A DNA stretch of 64,000 nucleotides from Candidatus Sericytochromatia bacterium. GTDB taxonomy: Bacteria; Cyanobacteriota; Sericytochromatia; S15B-MN24; JAQBPE01. Every line of letters starts with the position of its first letter. The first letter of the stretch is position 1. The position numbers and the translations under genes were made by a program. The notes beneath the pieces are model-generated. The model was not told the origin of the DNA, searched no databases, and saw nothing but the letters and a program-made list of their open reading frames with translations. This document shows, piece after piece, positions 9,801 to 19,318 of this stretch. Where the stretch lies: positions 30,407 to 94,406 of the forward strand of contig JBBAPZ010000003.1 in NCBI GenBank assembly GCA_040400605.1, written 5' to 3'.

Positions 9801-11190
9801 ACCCCACCGGCACATCACCCGTTTGCGCCATTGGCGCCAACAAACGCTCCACATCTTCCCGACCGTAGCCAAAAGCCTTCTGTGCCGTCAGCAGCACCGC
9901 TTCGTCACGCCCAAAATCGGACACATCCCCCCTTGCCGCGTCAGCAATCGGAACCTGCACGTGTCCTGGCGCATCAGCAATGGGTACGACTCGGCCTTGC
10001 GCGGTATCAAACACCCACAATTCACCCGCCTTGAACTGCCCACGCTCAACGACACTCAGTGAATCAGGTGAGATGACACCGGCTTCGGACGCCACAATCA
10101 TCAATTGGTCCTGGGTGCGCCAATAACGCAAAGGCCTCAAACCGTTGCGGTCCAAACACGCCCCCACCATCCGGCCATCGCTGAAACACACCGCAGCCGG
10201 CCCATCCCAGGGCGCATGCGCAAGCGCCGTGATGTGGCCTGGTTGACGCAAAATCTCAGGCATCATCACGCGCAGGGCGTCACCAAGCGACACGCCCGCA
10301 ACCAAATGTTGGGTCAAGGTGCGATCAAACGCCCCGGAATCACTGCCAGGTCCCGGATAAAACACCGTACCCGATGCCTGCGCCTGCGCGATACACTCCC
10401 GCAAATTGCCTGGCAAAGTATTAAACTCACCATTGTGCGCAATGAGACCAAACGGCTGCGCCAAGGGCCACACCGGCCATGTGTTGGTGCTGTAGCGTTG
10501 GTGAAATACGCAAACCGCACTGTGCAAGTCCGGATCCCGCAAATCCGGATAAAACTCACCCAGCGCACCGCCCCTCAACAAGGCTTTGTACACCGTCGTG
10601 CGACTGGACAACGAACAAAGGTAAGCCTTGATATCACTTCGGGCCAATTCAGGCGCAATGGCCAAACCGGCACGCCGCAATTCCTGCTCGAAATCCGGCG
10701 TTTGTGGCGCATCCTCAGCACGCGCGACCAATGCCTGAAAAATCGCGGGCATCGCGCCTCGGGCGATCGCACCCAACACCCCCGCTTGCGTCGGCACTTC
10801 ACGCCAAGCCAACAAATCCAACCCCTGACGCGCCAAACTTTGCACAACCAATGCCTGCGCCGCCTCCAAACGCTCAGGATCCAAAAAACACATCGCAAAC
10901 CCAATGCTTTGCCCATCAGCCCACTGCTGGCCAAACTGCCGACGCCACCACGCAAGCGTTGGTGCAATGAGCACCCCGGCGCCATCCCCGCTAGCCCCAT
11001 CCGCACCCACCGCACCACGATGCTGCAGCCGCGCAAGTGCCTCAAGCCCCAGTGCCACCACGCGATGCTCGGGCTGACCGGTCAAATTGGCAATGAAACC
11101 GGTCCCACACGCATCGTGCTCAAAACCGGGATCGTACAACCCATCGCTTGCCGGCAACCGCCACGCGCGGTGCTTCCATAAAGGTGCCAC
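6862..11190 (-). CDS. gltB: Glutamate synthase large subunit (GltB/GlsF type)
   Basis: DACGTGF catalytic Cys, HQRYSTNT, SNSGEGGE, QGAKPGEGGQL, CVMARQCHQNNCPVG; GTG start at 11190 after AAGGAG. Confidence 0.95.
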   Translation of the reverse strand: MAPLWKHRAWRLPASDGLYDPGFEHDACGTGFIANLTGQPEHRVVALGLEALARLQHRGAVGADGASGDGAGVLIAPTLAWWRRQFGQQWADGQSIGFAMCFLDPERLEAAQALVVQSLARQGLDLLAWREVPTQAGVLGAIARGAMPAIFQALVARAEDAPQTPDFEQELRRAGLAIAPELARSDIKAYLCSLSSRTTVYKALLRGGALGEFYPDLRDPDLHSAVCVFHQRYSTNTWPVWPLAQPFGLIAHNGEFNTLPGNLRECIAQAQASGTVFYPGPGSDSGAFDRTLTQHLVAGVSLGDALRVMMPEILRQPGHITALAHAPWDGPAAVCFSDGRMVGACLDRNGLRPLRYWRTQDQLMIVASEAGVISPDSLSVVERGQFKAGELWVFDTAQGRVVPIADAPGHVQVPIADAARGDVSDFGRDEAVLLTAQKAFGYGREDVERLLAPMAQTGDVPVGSMGDDTSIALLARRPRTLYHYFKQRFAQVTNPPIDALREAVMMNLDVAVAHADGFLGLSSPVLQEETLALIQARVSAHAWLDATCDVMEQAAGFERRLADLADEAVRLARAGVRVLILSDRAIAPARVAIPALLVTSYVDMALVEAGFRGKVGLIVAAGDVIEDHHLALLLGFGATAVLPHVALRTVAALAPGLGLNGVMAQRNYQRALEAGLKKIMAKMGIGTLRSYQGAALFDAVGLSGAFLGRYFRGLRSPIGGIGLAELVDDCLMRHVGAFDASGDAVLADQGHFRYRVGGEPHHNSPAVFKAIQQQARASQLDRVRPVVAVEARAWVLRDGLSLCSTQAPVDLEQVESAGAIARRFVASAMSLGALSREAHQVIAIAMNRLGARSNSGEGGEDAARFKPDANGDCANSTIKQIAAGRFGVTPHYLLSADEIEIKIAQGAKPGEGGQLPGFKVNAEIARLRRARVGTPLISPPPHHDIYSIEDLAQLIHDLKTLHPLARIAVKLVASLGIGTIAAGVVKAGADVIHISGHDGGTGASPLGSLRYAGLPWELGLAEVQQTLLMNGLRARVRLRVDGGLKTGKDVVIATLLGADEFGFGTPLLIAAGCVMARQCHQNNCPVGIATQDERLRARFKGTPENIVAYLIGVADDVRENLGELGFESLEAAVGRTDCLHTTPIAHPRGHTLDLGPLLVRPAPMVHSVSPHTSDSNTLSARLLADVAGALDAMQPFVGHYPIHNMDRAVGTAVAGVITRRHGETGSPKPIHLHFQGVAGQSFGAFGVSGLHLCLVGEANDYVGKGLAGGLLVIRPDRQTERPQAIVGNTVLYGATGGALYAAGCAGQRFAVRNAGAIAVIEGVGHHACEYMTGGTVLILGSVGANLAAGMTGGDLYVYDPEGSLAAALNQDTVVAKRLDSGNELAVLTLLQTHVDLTGSAFASAILAQWDRCREQVLHVQPHPPREPMPVRAPEAGVVSVNS

Positions 11191-11326
11191 AGGCGCTCCT
11201 TTCAGGGAGGTCACCCGGCCAGCCCTCATGGCGGCCATGGCAACACGGTGAAGAGGAGCCACACCAGTGTGGCAAACGGCGCTTCAACCCTGTCAATGGG
11301 CACACAAACAACGCCAGAGGCCAGCT

Positions 11327-11355
11327 AGCATAACCGAAATTCACCAGGCTGTCAC
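11327..11355 (-). promoter_or_regulatory. Putative sigma70 promoter for gltB-amtB
   Basis: GTGACA-N17-TATGCT on the minus strand. Confidence 0.45.
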
Positions 11356-11661
11356 GAACGGAAAATCAAAAATGCTTGGTCACTTGCAACCAAGTAAAGG
11401 TTAACAGGCAGACGGCGGTGCGATGCGACACCGCACTGGTTGAGCACCACCACGTGAACGCCTCAAAACCCCAGGCGTTGTTGTCGTGATGGAGTCACAT
11501 TGCCTGAAACGACGCCCACTAGCCGGTCAAAAGGCACGCTACCCATCGTGCAGATGACGGGGATACAACTGAGCGACGGATCGCATCAATGCCATTAAAC
11601 GATAACACTTGGTCATAGCGGCCAAGGTATCCTGTGCCCAGACGCGATGCCAAACAGGCGA

Positions 11662-12894
11662 TCAATCGAGACCTGTAATCACCAACACCGCACTGTTTGC
11701 GCCCGCCAACGCACTCACGAACATCACGCCTTGCGGTCCCCAACTGGGACCACTCGGTTCGGCGCCTTTCATCATCGTCATCACCTGATGCAAGGTGCCA
11801 TCGTTTTCGCGGCGCAACACCTGATTGTTGCCGAACGCACGCAGGTTCTCATCGAACTGGTCTTCACAAATCAGCAAGCGCCCAAGGCGATCAAACAACA
11901 GATTATCCGGATTCGCCAATTGCTTACCGTCAGCCTCAAGATACACTTCCATCCGACTGGTGCGTGGATCCAACCGCAAAATGCGACCGTAGGGATCACC
12001 CACCGCAATCGTACCCGTTTCAGCCACATACAAGTTGCCGTCAGGTCCCTTCTTGACGTCCTCCAAGCGGTTAAAACGCGTCGCCCCACGTTCACGTGCC
12101 TCAATCAGCGCGTTGGTGGGATCCTGGATCATCACCCAGTCCGCCTGTGCCCGCCGATACGCCCACAAGGTGCCTTCCGAAAGATCCGCCGGCCGCTTGG
12201 CGACAAATTTGTATAAACACCCACCCTCATAATCCTCGGTCAAATAAACCGTCCGCAAATCCACCACCTCAGCACTTTCATGACTGAAGCGCCCAAGCGC
12301 CGTCAACCGACGCGCCATCCCGGCTGGCGTACCACCCAAGGGGTTAATTTCATACGCCCAACCCCACGACGCTTTGGGATCACCCGGCTCCAAACGCACC
12401 CGCTCATACTCGGCCTTGCGCAACGCCGACGCCTTGCGAAAATCACGCTCCGCCGATGGATACGCATCTTGCGGATACTCTTCTCCCGAAATCAAGGTGC
12501 CCCACGGCGTCACCCCACCTGCACAATTGTTGTGCATACCAGACACCCACATCTGCCCACCAACGACTTGATTGCTCTTCAACTCAAGCCGCGTGAACCG
12601 GCCACCCAAAGGATCCGTTCCCCACCGGATCTCATGCCCAACCAACAAATAACCCGCATCGTCACCGTGCGGAAAATACGCGGTCAAATCATTTTTGGGA
12701 GCAAAGGTACCGCCATCTGCCAACCTGTCACCCGTCTGAATCAACACCCGCGCAGACAAACCCTCTGCCAACGCACTTAAATGACGCGGCAACGACTCCG
12801 CTTGCGCCTTCAATCCACCTTGCGCAACACAAGCCGCCAAAACAACCGCCAAGGTCCACATTCCACGCATCCAAGAGCCTCGCTTCGGAATCAC
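11662..12894 (-). CDS. phoX: PhoX-family (DUF839) alkaline phosphatase
   Basis: NCAGGVTPWGTLISGEE, ALGRFSHE, YLTED, NPDNL, EPSGP motifs. Confidence 0.85.
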   Translation of the reverse strand: MIPKRGSWMRGMWTLAVVLAACVAQGGLKAQAESLPRHLSALAEGLSARVLIQTGDRLADGGTFAPKNDLTAYFPHGDDAGYLLVGHEIRWGTDPLGGRFTRLELKSNQVVGGQMWVSGMHNNCAGGVTPWGTLISGEEYPQDAYPSAERDFRKASALRKAEYERVRLEPGDPKASWGWAYEINPLGGTPAGMARRLTALGRFSHESAEVVDLRTVYLTEDYEGGCLYKFVAKRPADLSEGTLWAYRRAQADWVMIQDPTNALIEARERGATRFNRLEDVKKGPDGNLYVAETGTIAVGDPYGRILRLDPRTSRMEVYLEADGKQLANPDNLLFDRLGRLLICEDQFDENLRAFGNNQVLRRENDGTLHQVMTMMKGAEPSGPSWGPQGVMFVSALAGANSAVLVITGLD

Positions 12895-12961
12895 CCCACC
12901 GCATCCGCAACAACACGATTACCGTGGGAATCATACCAGCCAGCCCGCTTGGCTGACCACG

Positions 12962-13855
12962 TCACTCCACCGCAACCCGCACATCATCGGTCTGCCAGTT
13001 CTTGTCCGTAAACGTGAAAACCTGCGATGCCCGACCAGCAAGCGTCAACGGTGTACGAACCACCGGCGTTTTGGCTGGCGCACCCTTGTTCAAAAACTGC
13101 ACCACCAAAGCCCCCGTCCGACTCGTGCTCATCGGGTTCACCACCAGAACGTCACAACGATAAGTCCCAACTCCCAGCACCACACCATTTTTTTTGGCCG
13201 TCACAAACGCCGCCAGTGGCTGGGTAGACGAGGATGTCACCATGGCAGCCTCGGCCTCGCGGGTGCGCCAGTTCTTGTCTTCAAATGTGATGCTTTTCAC
13301 CTCATTGGCAGCCACCGTCAGCAACTTCACCGCCGGCGGCGTCCCGGAGTCCTTGCCCTTCTCCTTAAACGTCACGCGCAAGACACCCGTCTGACTGGCA
13401 CTGTCCTCATGCCACACCCTGACGGTACAGCGAAAAGTCCCAACACCCAACACCACACCATTTTTCACACTCGTGATTTCCGTATGCCACCCCGGATCAT
13501 TCAACAACCCAAAAACCGGCTCAGACGCCTCACTGGCATCTTGACCACCCGTAAGCGCCTCATCTGGCGCCACCGCCGCGCTCGGCACCAACACGCCGGG
13601 CGCAATCAATGGCGATGCAGGTGGTTCAACGCCATCGCCGACGTTCGAGGACGGCGTCTCTGTCGCTTCGAGACGGGGTGCAGGCGTACGACCGGATGAC
13701 GACGCAGTCGGAGTCGGTACAGGCCGCGACGCCACCTTGCTGACGCCCGCCGCGCGACGCACAGGCACTGCGCTTTGCGGCGCCTGACCACACGCAACCA
13801 GCAACGTCGCACCCGCAACCAGCCAGCACACCTGCCGTCCACAACTTCGACGCAT
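12962..13855 (-). CDS. Lipoprotein with two tandem ~90-aa beta-rich repeats
   Basis: Lipobox LVAC; KNGVVLGVGT[FY]RC...TF.DKNW occurs twice. Confidence 0.75.
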   Translation of the reverse strand: MRRSCGRQVCWLVAGATLLVACGQAPQSAVPVRRAAGVSKVASRPVPTPTASSSGRTPAPRLEATETPSSNVGDGVEPPASPLIAPGVLVPSAAVAPDEALTGGQDASEASEPVFGLLNDPGWHTEITSVKNGVVLGVGTFRCTVRVWHEDSASQTGVLRVTFKEKGKDSGTPPAVKLLTVAANEVKSITFEDKNWRTREAEAAMVTSSSTQPLAAFVTAKKNGVVLGVGTYRCDVLVVNPMSTSRTGALVVQFLNKGAPAKTPVVRTPLTLAGRASQVFTFTDKNWQTDDVRVAVE

Positions 13856-14642
13856 CCCCACGGTGTGCCCTCCCCAACCCTTTATAACCAACCCCTAAAA
13901 CCCTTGTCGGCATCACGCAAGTCCGGGTTGCGCGACTGTAGCTTAAAAAAAATTTAAGTGAAAGTTAAAACATCTGGTTTCTTAGAGGCAAGAATGGCAC
14001 AGCAAGCGTCGATTGCGGGTGGAAAGTGCCGTCATGCCATCATGCCTGTGCTATTCGCCGCTTGGGATATGGCTTCTGTTGTTTGGTTCCATTCGCTTGC
14101 TTTAGACTCAAGTTTCGCAACCAAAACGTCGGATTCTTGTGGGCCCGCCTGGCTTTGACGTCGAAGCGGTGTCTTTGCAGCGTTTCTGGTAAGAAACCTT
14201 GGGGTAGGCTCCCAGGCGTCAAAATGCCGTAGCCGTAGACTGAACTGCGTCAGGCAGTCAAACCGCCTGCCAGATCGAAAAGCGTGGCGTCGACTGGTGG
14301 CGAGTTCCCGCACGCGTACGCTTGAGGCTCTCGCACGACGCACGCAAGTGCTGCCTGTTAATGATACGTCACGGATTGGCAAGCGTAAAAACGCTGCATC
14401 ATTGGCGTGAAGGGTGTACACTTGAACAGGCTGGCGTGCCGATCAATTCGTAAAGTCAAATTTAGATGCGACGCGGTGGCGTCCAGGGGTTGAAAGCAAG
14501 GGGAAGCCTGCTTCGTTGTGTGTGACCAACGAGCGACCAGGTCTTGGTGCGTCAGGGCGAGTGGGTACTTGGGGCGATGGCCTGACAGGTGCCAGCGGGT
14601 TTTGGTGGGCAATTTGGCGTGTATTCGCGCGGGGGGTAGCCG

Positions 14643-17060
14643 ATGCTTCAAGAGCAGAGTGTGAAGGGTTCGTCCGAGGCGCCGTGGCGATGCAATTTGG
14701 GCCGAGAGTCGGTCGATTGGTTGAGCGGACCGCGGCCGGAATGGTGGTTTAGCGGGGGGTTGGCTTTTGATCGCGCGGCTGCAGGCTTGGGCCCGGACGG
14801 GGCGCTGACGTCTTTGCCTCAGATGAGGTTGGATACGTGCACGCGCGAAACGGTGCGGGCTTATTTTGAGAATACGTGGTGGTTGACGGAGTTATTATTT
14901 TCGGCGCTGGCGAGTGAAGAGGCCTTTTATCAGCCGCCGTACCACGGCCTGCGGCATCCGATGATTTTTTATTTTTGTCATCCGGCTGTGTTGTACGTGA
15001 ACAAGTTGCGGGTCGTTGGGTACCTAGATGGGCCGGTCAACGCGGCGTTTGAGAATTTGTTCGAGACGGGTGTGGATGAGATGTCTTGGGATGATATGTC
15101 CAAGAACGAGCAGTTGTGGCCGACTTTGTCGGAGGCGATGGATTATCGCAAGCAGGTGTATGCGTTGGTGCAAGCGGCGATCGCACAAGCACCCGAGCTC
15201 GATGTCACGCCGCGGCCATTTCGTCGTGAGGGTGTGTTGTGGGCATTGGCGATGGGTTTCGAACATGAACGGATTCATTTGGAAACGTCGAGCGTGTTGA
15301 TCCGCGAACTGCCCTTGGCGCACATCCAGCGGCCGGTTGGCTGGGTCGCCAATCATCCGTCGTCCTTGGCTGACTCGGCTGAGTTGCCCGAGGCGGGGTG
15401 TGATTACCCGGTACCAGGTGCGCTTGCGGTGGCGCCCGGCGAGGTTGTAATCGGCAAGCCGTCCGAATACCCGTCGTTTGGCTGGGACAACACGCGTGGC
15501 GATCGCGTGACGCAGGTTCGTGCGTTTGAAGCCGACCGTTATCTCGTGAGCAATGGCGCCTATCACGCGTTTGTCCGTGCAGGTGGCTATCGCGAGCAAA
15601 GTTATTGGTCGGAAGCCGGATGGGCATGGCGCACGTTTCGCAATGCGAAATGGCCGTGTTTTTGGGTGCCGGACGGGCCAGCGGGTTTGCTGCGTTTCCG
15701 TTTGCGCACCTGTTTCGAAACGACCGCTATGCCATGGTCGTGGCCTGTGGAAGTCAACTGGTACGAGGCCCAGGCCTATGCCAACTGGCGTGCCGCTGAA
15801 ACGGGACAGGCCTGGCGACTGCTGACGGAGGCGGAGCACCATGGTTTGCGTGATGATCGTCATACAGGCCGGGCAGGCATGGCGGCTCACGACCCGGTTT
15901 TGACACTTGATGGGCGTGCGATGGCGCATCAGGGTCTTAACCTGAATCTGGCGTACGCCACGCCGATGCCGGTCGATGCAGGCGTGCCAAGCCAAAAAGG
16001 ATTTTATGACGTGTTTGGTAATGTCTGGCAGTGGATGGGGGATCACTTCCACCCGTTGCCGGGCTTCAAGCAGGATGTGCTCTACGAAGACTTTTCGCAG
16101 CCTTGTTTTGACGGTCGCCACCAGATGATTTTGGGCGGATCATTCATCAGCACGGGTGAAGAAGCCAGCATTTGGGCGCGTTATCATTTTCGACCGCACT
16201 TTTTGCAACACGCCGGTTTTCGTCTGGGGCGCCTCGCAAGCGGTGAAGCAGGCTCGGATGCAGTCTTGTTGCACGGTATTGGTGCAGGGTCTGGGGTTTA
16301 TGAAAGCGACCAGACCTTAAACGAGTATATGGTGCTGCATTATGGCTCGCCCAACGAGGTGATGCCTTACGCCTTCGGCCCCAAAGATGCCGTAAATTTT
16401 CCTGTTCGTTGCGCACAACTGGTCAATGACGTGGCGCGCGAACTGGCCATTCCGATGCACCGGGCACTGGATGTCGGGTGTGCGGTGGGTGGTGCGGTAT
16501 TTGAGTTGGCAACCGCCTTTGATGAAGTCGTGGGGGTTGATCTCTCACAAGCATTCATCGAAGCGGCTGAAACACTGCGCAGGAACGGTCGGATGCCATA
16601 TTGGCTGAAACAGGAAGGGGAAATCGGTGAAGCGCGTGAGGCGATTATCCAACCGGCCAGCCTTCGTGAACGCGTGGCCTTCCGCGTGGATGATGCATGC
16701 AATCTATCCGCCGACTTAGAGGGTTTCGACGCCGTTTTGATGGCCAATCTGTTGTGTCGTCTGCCCGAACCCCAGGCGGCGATCGCAAGGCTCACCGGTC
16801 ACCGGGCCCTCGTGCGCCCCGGTGGGTTGCTCGTCCTGATTTCGCCCTACACGTGGCTGGATGCCTTCACGCCTCGTCAAGCCTGGCTCGGTGCGCGTTA
16901 TCAAGACGGCGTAGCCCTCCGTTCGCAAGATGCCATCAAGACGGCTTTGTCACCAGCGTTCAAACTGGTGCGCGAGGCGGATGTCCCGTTGGTGATACGC
17001 GAACATCAACGCAAGTTCCAATACATCGTGTCACACGCCATGGTCTGGCAAAGACGCTAA
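14643..17060 (+). CDS. ovoA: Ovothiol synthase (5-histidylcysteine sulfoxide synthase plus C-terminal SAM methyltransferase)
   Basis: LRHPMIFYFCH, MGFEHERIHLETSSVLIR, FGE-sulfatase domain (LYEDFS, GGSFIS), MTase ALDVGCAVG, REHQRKFQ. Confidence 0.9.
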   Translation: MLQEQSVKGSSEAPWRCNLGRESVDWLSGPRPEWWFSGGLAFDRAAAGLGPDGALTSLPQMRLDTCTRETVRAYFENTWWLTELLFSALASEEAFYQPPYHGLRHPMIFYFCHPAVLYVNKLRVVGYLDGPVNAAFENLFETGVDEMSWDDMSKNEQLWPTLSEAMDYRKQVYALVQAAIAQAPELDVTPRPFRREGVLWALAMGFEHERIHLETSSVLIRELPLAHIQRPVGWVANHPSSLADSAELPEAGCDYPVPGALAVAPGEVVIGKPSEYPSFGWDNTRGDRVTQVRAFEADRYLVSNGAYHAFVRAGGYREQSYWSEAGWAWRTFRNAKWPCFWVPDGPAGLLRFRLRTCFETTAMPWSWPVEVNWYEAQAYANWRAAETGQAWRLLTEAEHHGLRDDRHTGRAGMAAHDPVLTLDGRAMAHQGLNLNLAYATPMPVDAGVPSQKGFYDVFGNVWQWMGDHFHPLPGFKQDVLYEDFSQPCFDGRHQMILGGSFISTGEEASIWARYHFRPHFLQHAGFRLGRLASGEAGSDAVLLHGIGAGSGVYESDQTLNEYMVLHYGSPNEVMPYAFGPKDAVNFPVRCAQLVNDVARELAIPMHRALDVGCAVGGAVFELATAFDEVVGVDLSQAFIEAAETLRRNGRMPYWLKQEGEIGEAREAIIQPASLRERVAFRVDDACNLSADLEGFDAVLMANLLCRLPEPQAAIARLTGHRALVRPGGLLVLISPYTWLDAFTPRQAWLGARYQDGVALRSQDAIKTALSPAFKLVREADVPLVIREHQRKFQYIVSHAMVWQRR

Positions 17061-17134
17061 ACCACCGCCAGACACTTGCCCCAAAGACCGCACACGCTAT
17101 CATCTCCCTTGCACGAGTCAAAGGAGGTGACGTG

Positions 17135-17374
17135 ATGCGGTTTTTGACATGGCAACCCCTGTGGGCCCCCGTAGACCGTCCAAGCGGCACACCATCACCC
17201 AAAAAACGCCGCACAACCAAAAAAACGCCCAACGTGACGCCCTGGCACGAAACCCTCGACCAAGCCCTCACCGGCCGACTCCGAATACCCGGCGTCGATG
17301 ACGCCGCCATCATCGCCCAAGCCCTCGACGGCACCGAAGCCGGGCCTCACAACCCCACCCGCGGCCTCGATTAA
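17135..17374 (+). CDS. Small hypothetical protein (79 aa)
   Basis: SD AAGGAGGTGA before GTG/ATG; followed by a terminator. Confidence 0.6.
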   Translation: MRFLTWQPLWAPVDRPSGTPSPKKRRTTKKTPNVTPWHETLDQALTGRLRIPGVDDAAIIAQALDGTEAGPHNPTRGLD

Positions 17375-17388
17375 CGATTTTTTTATCA

Positions 17389-17427
17389 CCTGGCAGCCAG
17401 CAAAACATGCTGATGCCAGGTTTTTTT
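17389..17427 (+). terminator. Intrinsic terminator
   Basis: CCTGGCA..CAGCA / TGCTG..TGCCAGG hairpin followed by T7. Confidence 0.7.
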
Positions 17428-17708
17428 GGTTTTTTCACGTGATGTGCATGTTGCCGCAGGAACGCACGAGTTCCGGAATGACGGACACTTGCCGCAACCC
17501 GCATTCGACTGTCAATGAATGACACCAAGCACCAAGGGCCGGATCCCCACGGTAAACGGTAAAAAATGATCGCGCGGATCAGCTATCCCCCCAGTCTACG
17601 AGCTTGCTGCTTCACTTTCACCTTCAACACTACAAGAAACTTTGACATTTATTTAATTATCCCTTAACCTTTTCTGAGGCTGGTGTGGTGTGCGCGGGGG
17701 TTGTTGAT

Positions 17709-18173
17709 GTGTTTTGCTTAAAAAAAAGTGGGTTCGTGTCGTTGTGCGTGTTATCAACGCTTCCTTTATGGGGGTGTGGTGGACAGGTTGTGGGTCGAAC
17801 CCAAGCGCCTGGTGCCGTTGGTGCTGCGAAGCAGGCGGCAGTAAAATCGGGCGATGATTTTCAGATTCTCTTGGATGGTGAACGCGCACCGGACTGGCTG
17901 AGCGCCAACCCAGGTCAACGCCTGACTTTTTCAGTCAAGGTGCCGGTGGGGACCAAGATTGTGTGGCGCACGACAGGGGAGGCCCTGAGTGGGTTGGATA
18001 GTCCGCAACTGCGTGTCACACAACGCTTTGGTGGCGGCTATGATGTGATTTGCACGGTTACTTTGCCGAAGGGCGAAACCGCCACGGATAAAGTCAGGGT
18101 ATTGGTCAGCGAACCCAACCCTTTACCGACGCCGATGCCGATGCCGCCGGTTCCTTTTCCGCCACGTCCGTAG
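17709..18173 (+). CDS. Lipoprotein with Ig/PKD-like domain and Pro-rich tail (start uncertain)
   Basis: Lipobox LWGC; beta-rich domain; PLPTPMPMPP tail. Confidence 0.65.
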   Translation: MFCLKKSGFVSLCVLSTLPLWGCGGQVVGRTQAPGAVGAAKQAAVKSGDDFQILLDGERAPDWLSANPGQRLTFSVKVPVGTKIVWRTTGEALSGLDSPQLRVTQRFGGGYDVICTVTLPKGETATDKVRVLVSEPNPLPTPMPMPPVPFPPRP

Positions 18174-18224
18174 GATTAACACGCGAAGGCTTGCAGCCAA
18201 CCTAGACTTGTACGCGCACAGCCG

Positions 18225-19250
18225 TCAACCCGAGTCTTCTGAACCCGAATCGTCCGAGCCTGAACTATCCTCACTGTCCAACATCCCTCCGACCTTGTCG
18301 AGTTGCTTCGAAAACGTTTCAGACTGGCGCAGGGCGTCGACCGTCGTAATTAGCTCCTGCAACCCAAGTGATGACGGCGACTCCGTCCCAGTCTCCACAA
18401 ACGCAGAATGGGCGAGGGATTGCGTGTCGGCATATTCATGTGCTGGCAGTTGGTTGAGCGCTTGATTGGGGTTAGCCGTCGGCTGAATGTATTGGTGAAG
18501 GATATAACCACTGACCAGCGTACTCACGAGTCCGATATCAGTGTTCGCATCCATCGCCAAATCCTGAGGCACGAATCCTGTCAACCCACTCGGCTGACCC
18601 GGCAATGCAACCATTAACACAACACTGCGGTCACTCGGCATCGGAGCGATGCGAAACTTTCCTTGGTTATCAGTGGTTGCAACAATCGCCTTGCCATTGC
18701 GGCCAACAACAGGTTTACCGGTGGCGTCGACCACTACGACTTGTGCTCCCTCAACGGGGAGTTCTAAAAGGGGTTCCGGTGATGCGCTCATAATCTTAAA
18801 TTTTCCGGCGGCAATCAAGCCCCCACTGTTATTGGCAATCAGGGTGCCGCCCCCTCCGCCAGAGCGAAACAATCCGCCATTGGCAAGGCCGGCGCCACCG
18901 CTCTCACCGGTACCGCGTGGTTGGTTTTGTAAAAGACTGGGAGGCGCCATCACTTTTCCGCTTCGCGCTACCTCATTGCGGGGTATGATTGGTGCCACAG
19001 TCAAGGTCACAGGCTTCGCGATGCCGCCCACAGGAGGCTTGGAAGCGCGATCGCTTTTCGATGTCGCAGGCCCGACTACACTGCTGCTTATGGTGACCCG
19101 CAGCGGGGTTGCGATACTCGATCGACGCTCGCTTGGCGCTTCAGGCTTCGCGCCCGGAACCGCATTTGTCGTCTGGCACGCAGACACAGTCACTACGACT
19201 GCGACGGCTACGAATGAGCAAGTGACGCGAGATTCGAGTGGCATAGTCAT
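18225..19250 (-). CDS. Hypothetical lipoprotein with carboxypeptidase-regulatory-like beta-sandwich
   Basis: Lipobox VSAC; LIANNSGGLIA; PVEGAQVVVVD...ATTDNQGKF. Confidence 0.7.
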   Translation of the reverse strand: MTMPLESRVTCSFVAVAVVVTVSACQTTNAVPGAKPEAPSERRSSIATPLRVTISSSVVGPATSKSDRASKPPVGGIAKPVTLTVAPIIPRNEVARSGKVMAPPSLLQNQPRGTGESGGAGLANGGLFRSGGGGGTLIANNSGGLIAAGKFKIMSASPEPLLELPVEGAQVVVVDATGKPVVGRNGKAIVATTDNQGKFRIAPMPSDRSVVLMVALPGQPSGLTGFVPQDLAMDANTDIGLVSTLVSGYILHQYIQPTANPNQALNQLPAHEYADTQSLAHSAFVETGTESPSSLGLQELITTVDALRQSETFSKQLDKVGGMLDSEDSSGSDDSGSEDSG

Positions 19251-19318
19251 ATCCTCTCTTAACCCGAACTGAAGCCCGCTACTCTTATACCCGCCACCAC
19301 TGGCATAAAACCATCTTG

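Noticed and set aside
10105..11181. Long antisense ORFs (also 15024-16121, 60094-60927, 62151-63083)
   Set aside because: Shadow frames of well-supported genes in GC-rich DNA
11190..11320. Glutamine (glnA) riboswitch upstream of gltB
   Set aside because: Only a short hairpin; consensus elements not recognised
13958..14421. Short ORFs in the region upstream of ovoA
   Set aside because: No SD, no motifs, mutually overlapping
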